27,540 nt of DNA from a virus (lineage: Duplodnaviria; Caudoviricetes): positions 1-27,540 of the IMG/VR virus record IMGVR_UViG_3300034407_004086; one strand, given 5' to 3'. The position numbers and the translations under genes were made by a program. Each line of letters begins with the position of its first letter. The first letter of the stretch is position 1. The notes beneath the pieces are model-generated. The model did not search any database, was not told the DNA's origin, and worked only from the letters and a program-made list of their open reading frames with translations. Below, piece after piece: positions 16,993-26,529 of the stretch.

Positions 16993-19433
16993 TGACAGCT
17001 TTCGCAAGTTCCTCCGTTTTTCATAGCTTCGATACTGCACGCTTTAGCTTCTTCTGTTTTTGATGAATCGTCATGAGCCTTTTCGACTTTAGATGCAGCT
17101 CTATTCCTCAAATAGTAAGTTGTCTTTAGTCCAGCCTCCCAGCAGCTCATATAAACATCATTTAAATACTTAAGAGAAGTAGATTTATTATAAAGATTAA
17201 AGCTTACAGCCTGATCCATCCATTTTTGGCGAGCAGAATTGCATTCTATCAACTTAAACATATCACGATCAAATGCAGTTTTATATTTTTCTTTTAACTC
17301 AGAAGGAATATCTCCGTTCAATAAAGATAAATCTCCGTCAACACTTTTGACAAGTTTGGCGACCTCGCTATTCCAGAGCCCCGCACGCTTCATGTCATCA
17401 ATAAAATGCTGATTAGTTATAAAGAAATTCCCACTTTTGTTTTCATAAACAAATAATACAGAAAAGTTAGGTTCGATACTTTGCTCTATTCCATTAATAT
17501 AGCCAATTGTAGCCGTGGGAGCTATAGCCATAACATTTGAATTTCTCATGCCAAATTCATTAACATGAATTCTGACTTTTTGCCATTCGTCCAAAGTTTG
17601 ACCTTTACCTATAGTAGATTGTTTTGGAGCTTTTTGCTTGCCCCTGTAAACCATTAAGTTATTGTAAGAGTCAATTGGAAACACTCCTTTGCTCCAGAGT
17701 GAACCTTCGTAAGTTTCATATTGACCGCGCTCTTGAGCTAGTAAAGAGCTAGCATAAATTGCATGCATAGAATAAAACTCAAAAAGCTTATCGTTTAATT
17801 TCACAGCTTCGTCGCTATCGATTTTTATATTCATTTTGTGAAGAATGTCATGCAAGCCCATCAGCCCGAGTCCGATTGGCCTATTTTTAAGATTAGAGTT
17901 CCTGGACTCTAGGGTCGGATAGAAATTCAAATCAATAACATTATCTAGTGCACGAATAGCGGCGTGTATTGTTTTTTCTAATTTTATGTAATCAATATCG
18001 CTTCCGTCTTCATTCATATGATTCAGGAGGTTGATTGAACCAAGATTACAAACCGCAGTTTCTCCTATTTTTGTTTTTTGACCCTTTTCGTAGGAAGAAG
18101 CTTTTGTATGAAGGGTGATTTCGGTGCAAAGATTCGAGCTGTGAACAACGCCTTCGTGTTGATTAGTATAACGAATATTACATGGATCTTTAAATGTGTT
18201 CCATGGATGCGAGGTCTCAAATAATACCTTGAGCATTTTTTTCCACAACTCTTTTGCGGGAGTTACTCTATAATTCTTAATTAAACCCTCTTCCGCTTTA
18301 CCGCAGAGCTCATTGTATTTTTTGTCAAACTCAGTTCCAAAGCAATCGTGCAGGTCAGACTCGGTTGGATCAAAAAAGTACCAAACATCTTCGTTCTGCA
18401 CTCTTCTCATGAATTCATCGGGAATCCAGGATGCTGTATTCATATCGTGACACCTAAGTCTGTCGTCTCCAGTATTTCTCCGTAAATTCAAGAAGTCTTC
18501 GTAATCTAAATGCCAAGGTTCAAGATAAGCGCAGCCAGCGCCTGGACGTTTACCGCCTTGATTAACAGCGACTAAAAGATCATTGTAAATTTTTAACCAA
18601 GGAATTAGCCCGCCAGAAATACCATTTGTTCCTTTTATGTGCGAACCAGATGACCTAAACGGAGTGACGTCAAAACCTAGTCCGCCAGCATATTTTGACT
18701 TACGAGCCTCCTGCCAAGCCCCATCGAAAATGCCGTCTATACTGTCATCGAAAGTGTTTAGATAACAAGAGCTTAATTGAGAATGAGTAGTTCCACTATT
18801 AAATAAAGTTGGAGTAGAGGATGTATATAAAAACTGACTAAACATATCATAATATTTTATCGCCCATTCTTCTTTATTTTCTTCGTTCAAAGATAGCCCC
18901 ATAGCAACTCTCATCCAAAAACATTGGGGTGCTTCCATTATTTTACCTTCGTGTCTAATGAAGTATCTATCCGTAAGAATCTGTATACCTAGATATTTAA
19001 AGTCTTTGTCTCTTCTTATTTTCATCGCCTCTGATAGCTTGGACAAGTCAAAATCAAGCATTCTCGGATCAAGTTTCTCAAACTTAACTAACCTTTTAAT
19101 GTTTTGTATAAAACTTTTTCTGTATTGCAGTCTAAAGGCGTCAGAATCAACACCCTCCTTAAAAACCTCTTTATATACTGTATTGAGCAAAAGTCTAGCT
19201 GCTGCAAGGCTATAGCTTGGCTCTTTTTCAATCTTCTCTCTTGCGCTTAGTATTAATGCAGAATCAATCTCCTGGGTAGTTATTTTATCGAACAATTGTA
19301 GTTGAGCGTCTAGTACAATTTCACTAACGGAAACATCCTGGATATCCTCGCAAGCTCGCTCTACATTTGCGTTAATTTTTTCTACTCGGAAATCCTGAAG
19401 TCGTCCGTTTCTTTTTTTAACTTTTATATTCAT
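16989..19433 (-). CDS. nrdA: Ribonucleotide reductase class I large subunit with one ATP cone
   Basis: VKKRNG ATP cone, TPTLFNSG, LSSCYL, SSNLCTEI, VCNLGS, IAPTATI, KTTYYLR, C-terminal CESCQ. Confidence 0.96.
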   Translation of the reverse strand: MNIKVKKRNGRLQDFRVEKINANVERACEDIQDVSVSEIVLDAQLQLFDKITTQEIDSALILSAREKIEKEPSYSLAAARLLLNTVYKEVFKEGVDSDAFRLQYRKSFIQNIKRLVKFEKLDPRMLDFDLSKLSEAMKIRRDKDFKYLGIQILTDRYFIRHEGKIMEAPQCFWMRVAMGLSLNEENKEEWAIKYYDMFSQFLYTSSTPTLFNSGTTHSQLSSCYLNTFDDSIDGIFDGAWQEARKSKYAGGLGFDVTPFRSSGSHIKGTNGISGGLIPWLKIYNDLLVAVNQGGKRPGAGCAYLEPWHLDYEDFLNLRRNTGDDRLRCHDMNTASWIPDEFMRRVQNEDVWYFFDPTESDLHDCFGTEFDKKYNELCGKAEEGLIKNYRVTPAKELWKKMLKVLFETSHPWNTFKDPCNIRYTNQHEGVVHSSNLCTEITLHTKASSYEKGQKTKIGETAVCNLGSINLLNHMNEDGSDIDYIKLEKTIHAAIRALDNVIDLNFYPTLESRNSNLKNRPIGLGLMGLHDILHKMNIKIDSDEAVKLNDKLFEFYSMHAIYASSLLAQERGQYETYEGSLWSKGVFPIDSYNNLMVYRGKQKAPKQSTIGKGQTLDEWQKVRIHVNEFGMRNSNVMAIAPTATIGYINGIEQSIEPNFSVLFVYENKSGNFFITNQHFIDDMKRAGLWNSEVAKLVKSVDGDLSLLNGDIPSELKEKYKTAFDRDMFKLIECNSARQKWMDQAVSFNLYNKSTSLKYLNDVYMSCWEAGLKTTYYLRNRAASKVEKAHDDSSKTEEAKACSIEAMKNGGTCESCQ

Positions 19434-19442
19434 AATTTGTAT

Positions 19443-19477
19443 ATTATAATAGTAACATTTAGTCAGTCAACTGTCAA
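19443..19477 (-). promoter_or_regulatory. Two overlapping sigma70-type promoters for nrdA
   Basis: TTGACA(19477-19472)-17-TACTAT(19454-19449) with TGn extension; TTGACT(19470-19465)-16-TATAAT(19448-19443). Confidence 0.7.
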
Positions 19478-19510
19478 CAAGAATAATATCATGTTAATAA
19501 CTTTTATAGC

Positions 19511-19539
19511 TTGACAGGGATTGAATATTATGCTAATAT
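19511..19539 (+). promoter_or_regulatory. Sigma70-type promoter for the polymerase operon (leaderless)
   Basis: TTGACA(19511-19516)-17-TAATAT(19534-19539) with TGn extension; ATG 19547 lies 7 nt later. Confidence 0.7.
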
Positions 19540-19546
19540 ATTAAGC

Positions 19547-20299
19547 ATGTTAGCATTATTTAAAAGTCATTTCTCTATCGGCAAAAGCATACTAACTCTT
19601 AATGATCCAATTACACATAAAGAGGGCGGAGCAGATAGCATTTTTTCAATAGCAAAAGAAAATAACTTAAAAGAAGTTGTTTTAGTAGAGGATTCCCTAA
19701 CTGGATTTCTTCAAGCTAAAAAAGTCGCGGAATCAATGAATATTAAACTTATATTCGGCCTCAGGGTAGATATGTGCGAAAACTCCAAAATAAACCCAAA
19801 AGAATCTCAAGACTCTAGGCATAAAATTATCATTTTTGCAAAGAACTCAAAAGGCTGCGTTTTACTGAATAAGATTTACAGCGAAGCTTTTAGCGAATCT
19901 TTTAGTGCTGTTGATAAAAAAATACTCAAAAAACATTGGAACGATGAAGATTTGAAGCTAGCAATACCTTTCTATGATTCATTTATATTTCAAAATACTA
20001 TGAAGTTTGGAAATTGCACTCCTAATTTCTCATTCACAAAACCAATTTTTTTACTTGAAAACAATAGTTTACCATTTGACTTGCCGCTAAGATCAAGAAT
20101 TATGAGGTATGCAGCAGAGAATAAATGCGAAACAGAAAACGCAAAAAGTATTTACTACAAAAATAAGAAAGACGTATCAGCTTTACAAACATACAAATGT
20201 ATAACAGGTCGTACATTTGGAAATAAAACATTATCTAAACCCAATCTGGATCACTTTGGTAGCAATGAGTTTTGCTTCGAAAGCTGGAAAGAAAATTAA
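19547..20299 (+). CDS. Stand-alone PHP domain of DNA polymerase III alpha
   Basis: KSHFSIGKSI, IKLIFGL, HKIIIFAKNSKG...LNKIYSEA, LLENN, IYY...D...YKCI..., SNEF follow the order of DnaE PHP motifs. Start moved to ATG 19547, since TTG 19511 is the -35 box. Confidence 0.8.
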   Translation: MLALFKSHFSIGKSILTLNDPITHKEGGADSIFSIAKENNLKEVVLVEDSLTGFLQAKKVAESMNIKLIFGLRVDMCENSKINPKESQDSRHKIIIFAKNSKGCVLLNKIYSEAFSESFSAVDKKILKKHWNDEDLKLAIPFYDSFIFQNTMKFGNCTPNFSFTKPIFLLENNSLPFDLPLRSRIMRYAAENKCETENAKSIYYKNKKDVSALQTYKCITGRTFGNKTLSKPNLDHFGSNEFCFESWKEN

Positions 20300-20300
20300 T

Positions 20301-20948
20301 ATGAAAGAAACCTTATTAAGATTTAAAAATAAACAAAAGTATTTGCTGTTTGACTACGAAACATGTAATCTAAACTTAATTTCCGGACACAATAAACCTT
20401 GGCAGTTAGCCTTTCTCGTTGTGGAAGAAGGGAAAATTGTAGAACAAAAAGATTACTGGCTCAAATGGGACGATCTTAGAGTTTCTCCAGAGGCTGCAAA
20501 GATTACAGGTTTTACTCAAGCCAAATATAAGAAGAACGCCGTTGATCCAAAAATAGCATTAGATCACTTCGAAAAATACCTTTACGATGATTCTTACATA
20601 AAGGTCGGGCATAATCTATTAGGGTTTGATGTTTACATGCATAATTTGCACAGAAAATTAGTCAACCCAAAAGCAAAATCTGACTTCAGCTACTCCGAGC
20701 AATTAGTGGACACTTTATGCTTGGCAAAAGCAGTTAAAAAACAAATTAAATTAAATAAAGAAGATAACTTTTTGGCATGGCAGTATAGATTAAACCATTT
20801 AATTGAAAGAGGCCTCTCCTGCAACCTTAAACAGTGTTGTAAAGACTTCGACGTACCTTTCGATGCAACCAAATTGCATGACGCATTATATGATATAAGA
20901 GTTAATTATGAAGTATTTAAAAAAATGATATGGGAAATAGAAATATGA
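20301..20948 (+). CDS. DEDDh 3'-5' exonuclease (DnaQ/epsilon-like)
   Basis: ExoI LFDYET, ExoII GHNLLGFD, ExoIII LHDALYD; start taken as ATG 20301. Confidence 0.88.
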   Translation: MKETLLRFKNKQKYLLFDYETCNLNLISGHNKPWQLAFLVVEEGKIVEQKDYWLKWDDLRVSPEAAKITGFTQAKYKKNAVDPKIALDHFEKYLYDDSYIKVGHNLLGFDVYMHNLHRKLVNPKAKSDFSYSEQLVDTLCLAKAVKKQIKLNKEDNFLAWQYRLNHLIERGLSCNLKQCCKDFDVPFDATKLHDALYDIRVNYEVFKKMIWEIEI

Positions 20949-23503
20949 GTTTTACAGAACAATTTACAGAATACGCAGACTGCTGCCCTCCAGGCGTTCG
21001 ATTGCCTGAGATTAAAATAGAACAAAAGTATTATGATATGCTCGAAGCAGATAATACTATATCAAATTACGACTTTCTTCGTAAGCTATGCCATAAAGGA
21101 GTATACGATAAAGGAATAGATAAATTTAAAAATAAAAAAGATTATTTTGATCGCGCAAAATCAGAATTAAAAATATTAAACGAACTAGGATTTATTGATT
21201 ATATTTTATTAAATTGGGATATAATTAACTTCTGTCACGAACAGGACATACCTACTGGCCCAGGTAGGGGTTCGGCAGCAGGATCGCTAGTGTTGTATTT
21301 AATTGGGGTTACCAACGTAGATCCAGTAGAGTATAACTTGTTTTTTGAGCGTTTTGTTTCGAAAAGTCGAGCCAGAAAAATAGAAAAAGATGGCGTAACT
21401 TACCTTGATGGAAGTTTGTTGGCGGATGTTGATAACGACATTGCTTACGAGCGTCGAGTAGAAGTAATCGAGTATATCGAGAAGAAACACCCAGCCCGTA
21501 CAGCAAAGATTTTAACATTAAATACTTTGAGCGGAAAACTCTGCATTAAAGAGTGCGGTAAAATTGTTGGAGAATACTCCGAACAAGAAGTTAATGAAGT
21601 TAGCGACACGATACCAAAAAAGTTTGGAGTTGTTGTGCCGCTCGCAACAGCAATTCAGGAAAGTGAAAAATTTACAGATTGGGCAGTTGAAAACCAAGAG
21701 GTTTTCGAAGTAGCCCTAAAGCTAGAAGGGTTAAATAAAAACACTGGTGTTCACCCAAGCGGAATAGCTATATCCTTCGCCCAAATGACGGATATCTGTC
21801 CAGTTCAACAAACAAACGATGGCGCATTGGTTACAGGTTACGACATGAATTGGGTATCTGAATTGATGGTTAAATTTGATATTCTTGGACTAAGAACCTT
21901 GAGCGTTATCTATGATGTTTGTAAAAATATTGATATTGATATATCTAACGTAGACTTAAATGATAAAAAAATGTTTAAACCACTTCAGTCCTTAAGAGCT
22001 CCCCACGGACTCTTTCAGCTTGAGTCTGATACAAATTATCGAGTGTGCAAGAAAATCAAGCCAAGAGATTTAGAACAGCTAAGCGCCGTGATTGCTATCG
22101 GTAGACCTGGAGCTTTAGATTTCCTCGACTCCTATACAACTTATTCTGAAAGTGGAGAAGCTCAGGTTATTCATGAATTTTTCAGAGATGTTCTTGATTA
22201 TACCGGAGGAATACCTCTTTACCAAGAGCAGTTGATGCAAATGGCGGTTAAAGTTGGTTTTACCCTAGATGAATCAGAACAGCTCAGAAGAATTGTTGGA
22301 AAGAAAAAAATCGACCAAATGCCAGCGTGGCAAGCAAAGATTCAACAAAAGATTATTGATAACGATCTACCTACAGAAGTAGGGGATGTACTTTGGAGTG
22401 TTGCGGAAGATAGTGCAAACTATTCATTTAACAAGTCTCACTCTTTGGCGTATGCCACTTTGGCAGCGTGGACAACATATTTAAAATTCAAGCATCCACA
22501 ACAGTTCTTTCTGTCTTTGCTTAAAATGACTAAATACGAACCTGCGCCACAAGAAGAAATATCTAAGGTCTCTCAAGAATTGTCCAACTTTGGAATTAAA
22601 CTTCTCTCTCCAGATTTAGCTAAATCTAAAATGGACTTTTCTATCGAAGGAAAGAATATAAGATTTGGCCTTAACAGCATCAAAGGGGTTAGCGAAAAAT
22701 CTCTCGCATCATTAAGAGATTTTAGATCAACAGAAACACCAACAAAGTATGATATTTTTCTTTCAGCCAAACAGGCTGGGTTAAATATTGGCGTACTATC
22801 TTCGTTAGTGCAGGCTGGAGCTCTTCAAAGTAAAGGTTCTAATAGATCTTTAATGGCTCTTGAGGCGCAAGCATTTAACCTCCTAACAGACAGAGAGAAA
22901 AGAAACTTTATTTTGCTTGGCGAGGAATATGGGTATAAGCTTCTTAATTGTATTGCAGACGCAAAAAGCGAGAAACTTGTAGGAGATGACGGAAAACCAT
23001 TGATGAAAGAATCAAGATTTAAAACATTTAAAAAGAAATATGATTTGTATAAATCAATTTATGATAAAAATAAACAATACGAAACCTTTGCAAATTGGTA
23101 TTTTGAAAACGAACTGCTCGGCTATAGTCATAGTTCAAAATTAAAAAGCTGTTTTATTGACTCGTATAAAGATTTAAAAGATTCAACCGATTTAGAATCG
23201 ATGGAACTCGATGAATCCGGAAAGTTTATAGGTGTCGTAGAAGATTGCCTAAAGGCCACCTCAAGGAACGGAAATAAATATATTAAATTATCAATCACAG
23301 ACGAAAATGGAAGGTACAATGCAATGCTGCTAAATTCAAGAAGAGGTAATTTTTATGACAGATATTTCGAAAAAAATGAGAAAGCTCCAAGCAAGAAAAA
23401 TATCGTAGTCGCATATGGAAGAAAAGCTGAAGACATAGTATTTCTTGACTCTATAAGGATTATGGATGAAAAGATATATATGAAAATGTCTGAAGTTAAG
23501 TAA
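20945..23503 (+). CDS. dnaE: DNA polymerase III alpha catalytic core (no PHP domain)
   Basis: GPGRGSAAGSLV.Y..G.T.VDP, FERF, ADVDND, GVHPSG, KFDILGL, YQEQLM, YSFNKSH, IRFGL..IKGV, C-terminal OB fold; ATGA overlap with the exonuclease gene. Confidence 0.93.
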   Translation: MSFTEQFTEYADCCPPGVRLPEIKIEQKYYDMLEADNTISNYDFLRKLCHKGVYDKGIDKFKNKKDYFDRAKSELKILNELGFIDYILLNWDIINFCHEQDIPTGPGRGSAAGSLVLYLIGVTNVDPVEYNLFFERFVSKSRARKIEKDGVTYLDGSLLADVDNDIAYERRVEVIEYIEKKHPARTAKILTLNTLSGKLCIKECGKIVGEYSEQEVNEVSDTIPKKFGVVVPLATAIQESEKFTDWAVENQEVFEVALKLEGLNKNTGVHPSGIAISFAQMTDICPVQQTNDGALVTGYDMNWVSELMVKFDILGLRTLSVIYDVCKNIDIDISNVDLNDKKMFKPLQSLRAPHGLFQLESDTNYRVCKKIKPRDLEQLSAVIAIGRPGALDFLDSYTTYSESGEAQVIHEFFRDVLDYTGGIPLYQEQLMQMAVKVGFTLDESEQLRRIVGKKKIDQMPAWQAKIQQKIIDNDLPTEVGDVLWSVAEDSANYSFNKSHSLAYATLAAWTTYLKFKHPQQFFLSLLKMTKYEPAPQEEISKVSQELSNFGIKLLSPDLAKSKMDFSIEGKNIRFGLNSIKGVSEKSLASLRDFRSTETPTKYDIFLSAKQAGLNIGVLSSLVQAGALQSKGSNRSLMALEAQAFNLLTDREKRNFILLGEEYGYKLLNCIADAKSEKLVGDDGKPLMKESRFKTFKKKYDLYKSIYDKNKQYETFANWYFENELLGYSHSSKLKSCFIDSYKDLKDSTDLESMELDESGKFIGVVEDCLKATSRNGNKYIKLSITDENGRYNAMLLNSRRGNFYDRYFEKNEKAPSKKNIVVAYGRKAEDIVFLDSIRIMDEKIYMKMSEVK

Positions 23504-23509
23504 AATAAT

Positions 23510-23524
23510 GTGTAAAATATGAAG
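23510..23524 (+). promoter_or_regulatory. GTGTA-N10-ATG element (if clpC starts at ATG 23525)
   Basis: GTGTA AAATATGAAG ATG(23525). Confidence 0.5.
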
Positions 23525-25990
23525 ATGACGCCAAAGCCTAATTTTACGCCGCGCGCACAGCAGGCAATCAATGAAGCCAAAAAAGTTGCCGAGAAATATA
23601 AAAATAAAGATGTATCAATAGAGCATTTGTTTTACGGAATGCTTAAGTTGACTGCAGGAATATTAAGTGAAATACTTTTTTTATTAAATATTAACCAAAG
23701 ATTATTACTTCAAGAGGTAGAAAACTCTTTTATAGATTCGCTAGCTAATGAAGATTCTAATTATGACCCAGAGTATGAAGAGCCTAGCTATGATGAGCAT
23801 TTTCATTTAATTCTCAAGGTTTCAGCCTCAATCAGCGAAAAGCTCGGTCATGAATATGTTGGACTTGAGCATATGCTTTTGGCATTATTAAAGTATGAAG
23901 AATCAGTTGTACCACAATTTTTTGTTCCATTCAATGCTTCTGAAGAAGATATCATAGCAGAAGTCAGGGAATACTTGCACCTTTCAAAAGAAAACTACTC
24001 AAGCGATAGGGTCAAAAAAAGTAATCCTGTTCCACCTAAACCGATTGTCAAAGACCTCGCAACCCCAACGCTTGAGAAACACGCTTTAAACTTGAATATG
24101 CAAGCCATAAAAGGTAAGTTTGACGGCATAATAGGAAAACAAGAAGAAATCATGGAAACTTGTGAAATTCTTTGCAGAAAAACAAAAAACAATCCAGTTT
24201 TACTTGGAGAGCCTGGAGTGGGTAAAACTGCGATAGTTGAAGGTTTGGCTCAAAAAATAGTAAAAGCAGAAGCCCCTGACTTTCTTTTGGGTAAAATCAT
24301 ATACGCTTTAGATTTGGGTTCATTAATCGCGGGAACTAAATATAGAGGTCAATTCGAAGAACGACTCAAAAAAATTATCGACGAAGCAAAAAAGAATCCA
24401 GAAATAATATTATTTATTGACGAAATTCATACCCTAGTGGGGGCAGGCAGCGCAGAAGGAAGTATGGATGCAGCTAATTTACTCAAACCCCTACTTGCAC
24501 GAGGTGAACTAAAATGTATTGGCGCAACGACAGTCGATGAATATAAAAAGAGTATCCTTAAAGATGGCGCACTGGACAGAAGGTTTCAAGCGGTTAAAGT
24601 TATTGAACCAACAAAGTCAGAGACTAGACAAATACTACAAGGAATAAAAAATAAATACGAATCATTTCATAGCATTCATTATTCAGATGAAATTTTAGAC
24701 TTGATAGTTCATTTAACTTCTAAATACATTCTAGATAAACAGTTTCCCGATAAAGCAATTGATGTTATGGATCAAGCTGGCTCAAAAGTTAAAATTAAAA
24801 ATATAGAAAGACCACAAGAAGCAAAAGATATTGAAAAGCATTTAGAAAATTTAGCACTAAAAGAGTCTGATTTAAGTGTGGTAGGAATGGATACATATGC
24901 AGTAACAGAAGAACAATTAAATTTATTAGAAGAATATGATAGTATAATAAGTAATTGGTTAACTAAAACATTAAAATCAAAAATAAAAGTTACTAAAAAA
25001 GATATTTTTGAAGTTGTGTCTTCAAGAACAGGAATACCAGTTTCCCAAGTCTCTAAAAAAGACTCAACAAGAATGATTGGGTTGTTCAAAAAATTAGACA
25101 AGAAAATCGTTGGTCAAACAGAAGCTTTAGAAGAAATTTCTCAATCAATTTTAAGATCTAAATCTGGGCTGCAAGATGCAGGTAAGCCAGTCGGAAGCTT
25201 CTTACTTGTTGGAGCAAGCGGAACCGGAAAAACTTATACAGCAAAATGCATTGCCGAATTTATATATGGAGGTATAGATAAACTCATACAATTAGATATG
25301 AGCGAATTCTCTGAGAAGATTTCATCCAGCCGATTAATTGGGGCATCCCCAGGGTATGTAGGCTACGAAGAAGGTGGAGATCTAACTGAAAAGGTCAGAA
25401 GAAATCCTTATAGCGTTATACTGTTTGATGAAATTGAAAAAGCGCACCCAGAAGTCCTAAACATATTGTTGCAAATTCTTGAAGAGGGTTTTGTGACAGA
25501 TAACTCAGGCAGAAAGATTAATTTTAATAATTGTATAATTATCCTAACAGGCAATATCGGTAGTGAAAAAATATCCAAACCAACTATTGGATTCGGAGGA
25601 GACGGAGAAACTGCCGCAAAAGATAAAATTAAAAATGAGTTAAAAGGGTTCTTCAGACCCGAATTTCTAAATAGGCTTAACGAAATTATTGTTTTTAAAG
25701 ATTTTGAAGAAGATCAATTGACAGAAATAGCAAAGCTTGAGATGCAGAAGCTGATAAACAAACTAAAAGACATGAATTTAAAAATGTCAGTAACCCCAAA
25801 AGTTTCAAAATATATAGCCTCTCTTGCAAGTGCAGAAAAAATGGGTGCAAGACCGATCAAAAGATTAATTCAAAAACACTTGGAAAATCCGCTGTCTGAA
25901 CTTATTTTAAATAAATCTCTAACAGAAGAATCAGAAATTAAATTTTCTATCGTAAAGGAAGAGATAAAATATACTCTTAAGGAAGTATAG
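23519..25990 (+). CDS. clpC: ClpA/ClpC-family AAA+ ATPase (Clp protease ATP-binding subunit)
   Basis: Clp-N repeats (NFTPRAQQ..., EHMLLALL), GEPGVGKT, LFIDEIH, GASGTGKT, RLIGASPGYVGYEEGG, LFDEIEKAHP, IGF loop. Alternative start 23525. Confidence 0.9.
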   Translation: MKMTPKPNFTPRAQQAINEAKKVAEKYKNKDVSIEHLFYGMLKLTAGILSEILFLLNINQRLLLQEVENSFIDSLANEDSNYDPEYEEPSYDEHFHLILKVSASISEKLGHEYVGLEHMLLALLKYEESVVPQFFVPFNASEEDIIAEVREYLHLSKENYSSDRVKKSNPVPPKPIVKDLATPTLEKHALNLNMQAIKGKFDGIIGKQEEIMETCEILCRKTKNNPVLLGEPGVGKTAIVEGLAQKIVKAEAPDFLLGKIIYALDLGSLIAGTKYRGQFEERLKKIIDEAKKNPEIILFIDEIHTLVGAGSAEGSMDAANLLKPLLARGELKCIGATTVDEYKKSILKDGALDRRFQAVKVIEPTKSETRQILQGIKNKYESFHSIHYSDEILDLIVHLTSKYILDKQFPDKAIDVMDQAGSKVKIKNIERPQEAKDIEKHLENLALKESDLSVVGMDTYAVTEEQLNLLEEYDSIISNWLTKTLKSKIKVTKKDIFEVVSSRTGIPVSQVSKKDSTRMIGLFKKLDKKIVGQTEALEEISQSILRSKSGLQDAGKPVGSFLLVGASGTGKTYTAKCIAEFIYGGIDKLIQLDMSEFSEKISSSRLIGASPGYVGYEEGGDLTEKVRRNPYSVILFDEIEKAHPEVLNILLQILEEGFVTDNSGRKINFNNCIIILTGNIGSEKISKPTIGFGGDGETAAKDKIKNELKGFFRPEFLNRLNEIIVFKDFEEDQLTEIAKLEMQKLINKLKDMNLKMSVTPKVSKYIASLASAEKMGARPIKRLIQKHLENPLSELILNKSLTEESEIKFSIVKEEIKYTLKEV

Positions 25991-26504
25991 GTTTTATTGG
26001 ATCCTTAATTTCAGGATCGTTTGGCTTCATAGGGTCTTCAAATTTCTCTCCAGGATTTCCAGATAAATCCTGGGGAGCTTCGCTTTGCTTTTCATTGAAA
26101 ATAGTCATGCATGCACCAAATCTATCTCCTTGAATTGGATAACGCTTTTTCATGTTAGCGTCTAATATGCATCTCGTAACAAATTGATCTCCAGTTTCTG
26201 CTGCGGTTGGAACTGGATACCTTTTGTCCTGATTGGAAAGGAAATTGTTTGAACCTTCATCGGGTGAAGACTCCGCTTTTTGATTTGGAAATATTTTTTG
26301 ATATTCGGTATAGGTCATAGCCTCATCTAGAGCTTCATAAGATTCTCTTATCTTATTTTTTACCCAATCCTCAAGCTCAGAATCATCTTGCATCATATCG
26401 TACATAATTCTAGCTTTTTTCCAAATATGATAAAGTTCTGACTTAACAACTTTGGAGACTTGTTTTGAGTCAGCGTTTGATTCGTTTTGAGCTGTGTTAT
26501 CCAT
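25977..26504 (-). CDS. Hypothetical two-module phage protein (175 aa)
   Basis: Modules SELYHI...LEDWVKNKI...Y and PVP...E..DQFVTRC..D..M..RYP...DR.GAC; 14-nt convergent overlap with clpC. Confidence 0.7.
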   Translation of the reverse strand: MDNTAQNESNADSKQVSKVVKSELYHIWKKARIMYDMMQDDSELEDWVKNKIRESYEALDEAMTYTEYQKIFPNQKAESSPDEGSNNFLSNQDKRYPVPTAAETGDQFVTRCILDANMKKRYPIQGDRFGACMTIFNEKQSEAPQDLSGNPGEKFEDPMKPNDPEIKDPIKPILP

Positions 26505-26519
26505 AATATAAAATTACAC
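26505..26519 (-). promoter_or_regulatory. GTGTA-N10-ATG element
   Basis: Minus strand GTGTA ATTTTATATT ATG(26504). Confidence 0.6.
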
Positions 26520-26529
26520 CTTTTTTATG

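Noticed and set aside
20217-20300. Programmed frameshift fusing PHP and exonuclease (exonuclease frame is open 84 nt upstream)
   Set aside because: The PHP C-terminus in this overlap is itself DnaE-like, a good ATG follows the stop, and I see no convincing slippery site with a stimulator.
16989-23503. Inteins or introns in nrdA/dnaE
   Set aside because: Core motifs are contiguous, lengths are normal, and no C...HN-C/S/T splice motifs are seen.
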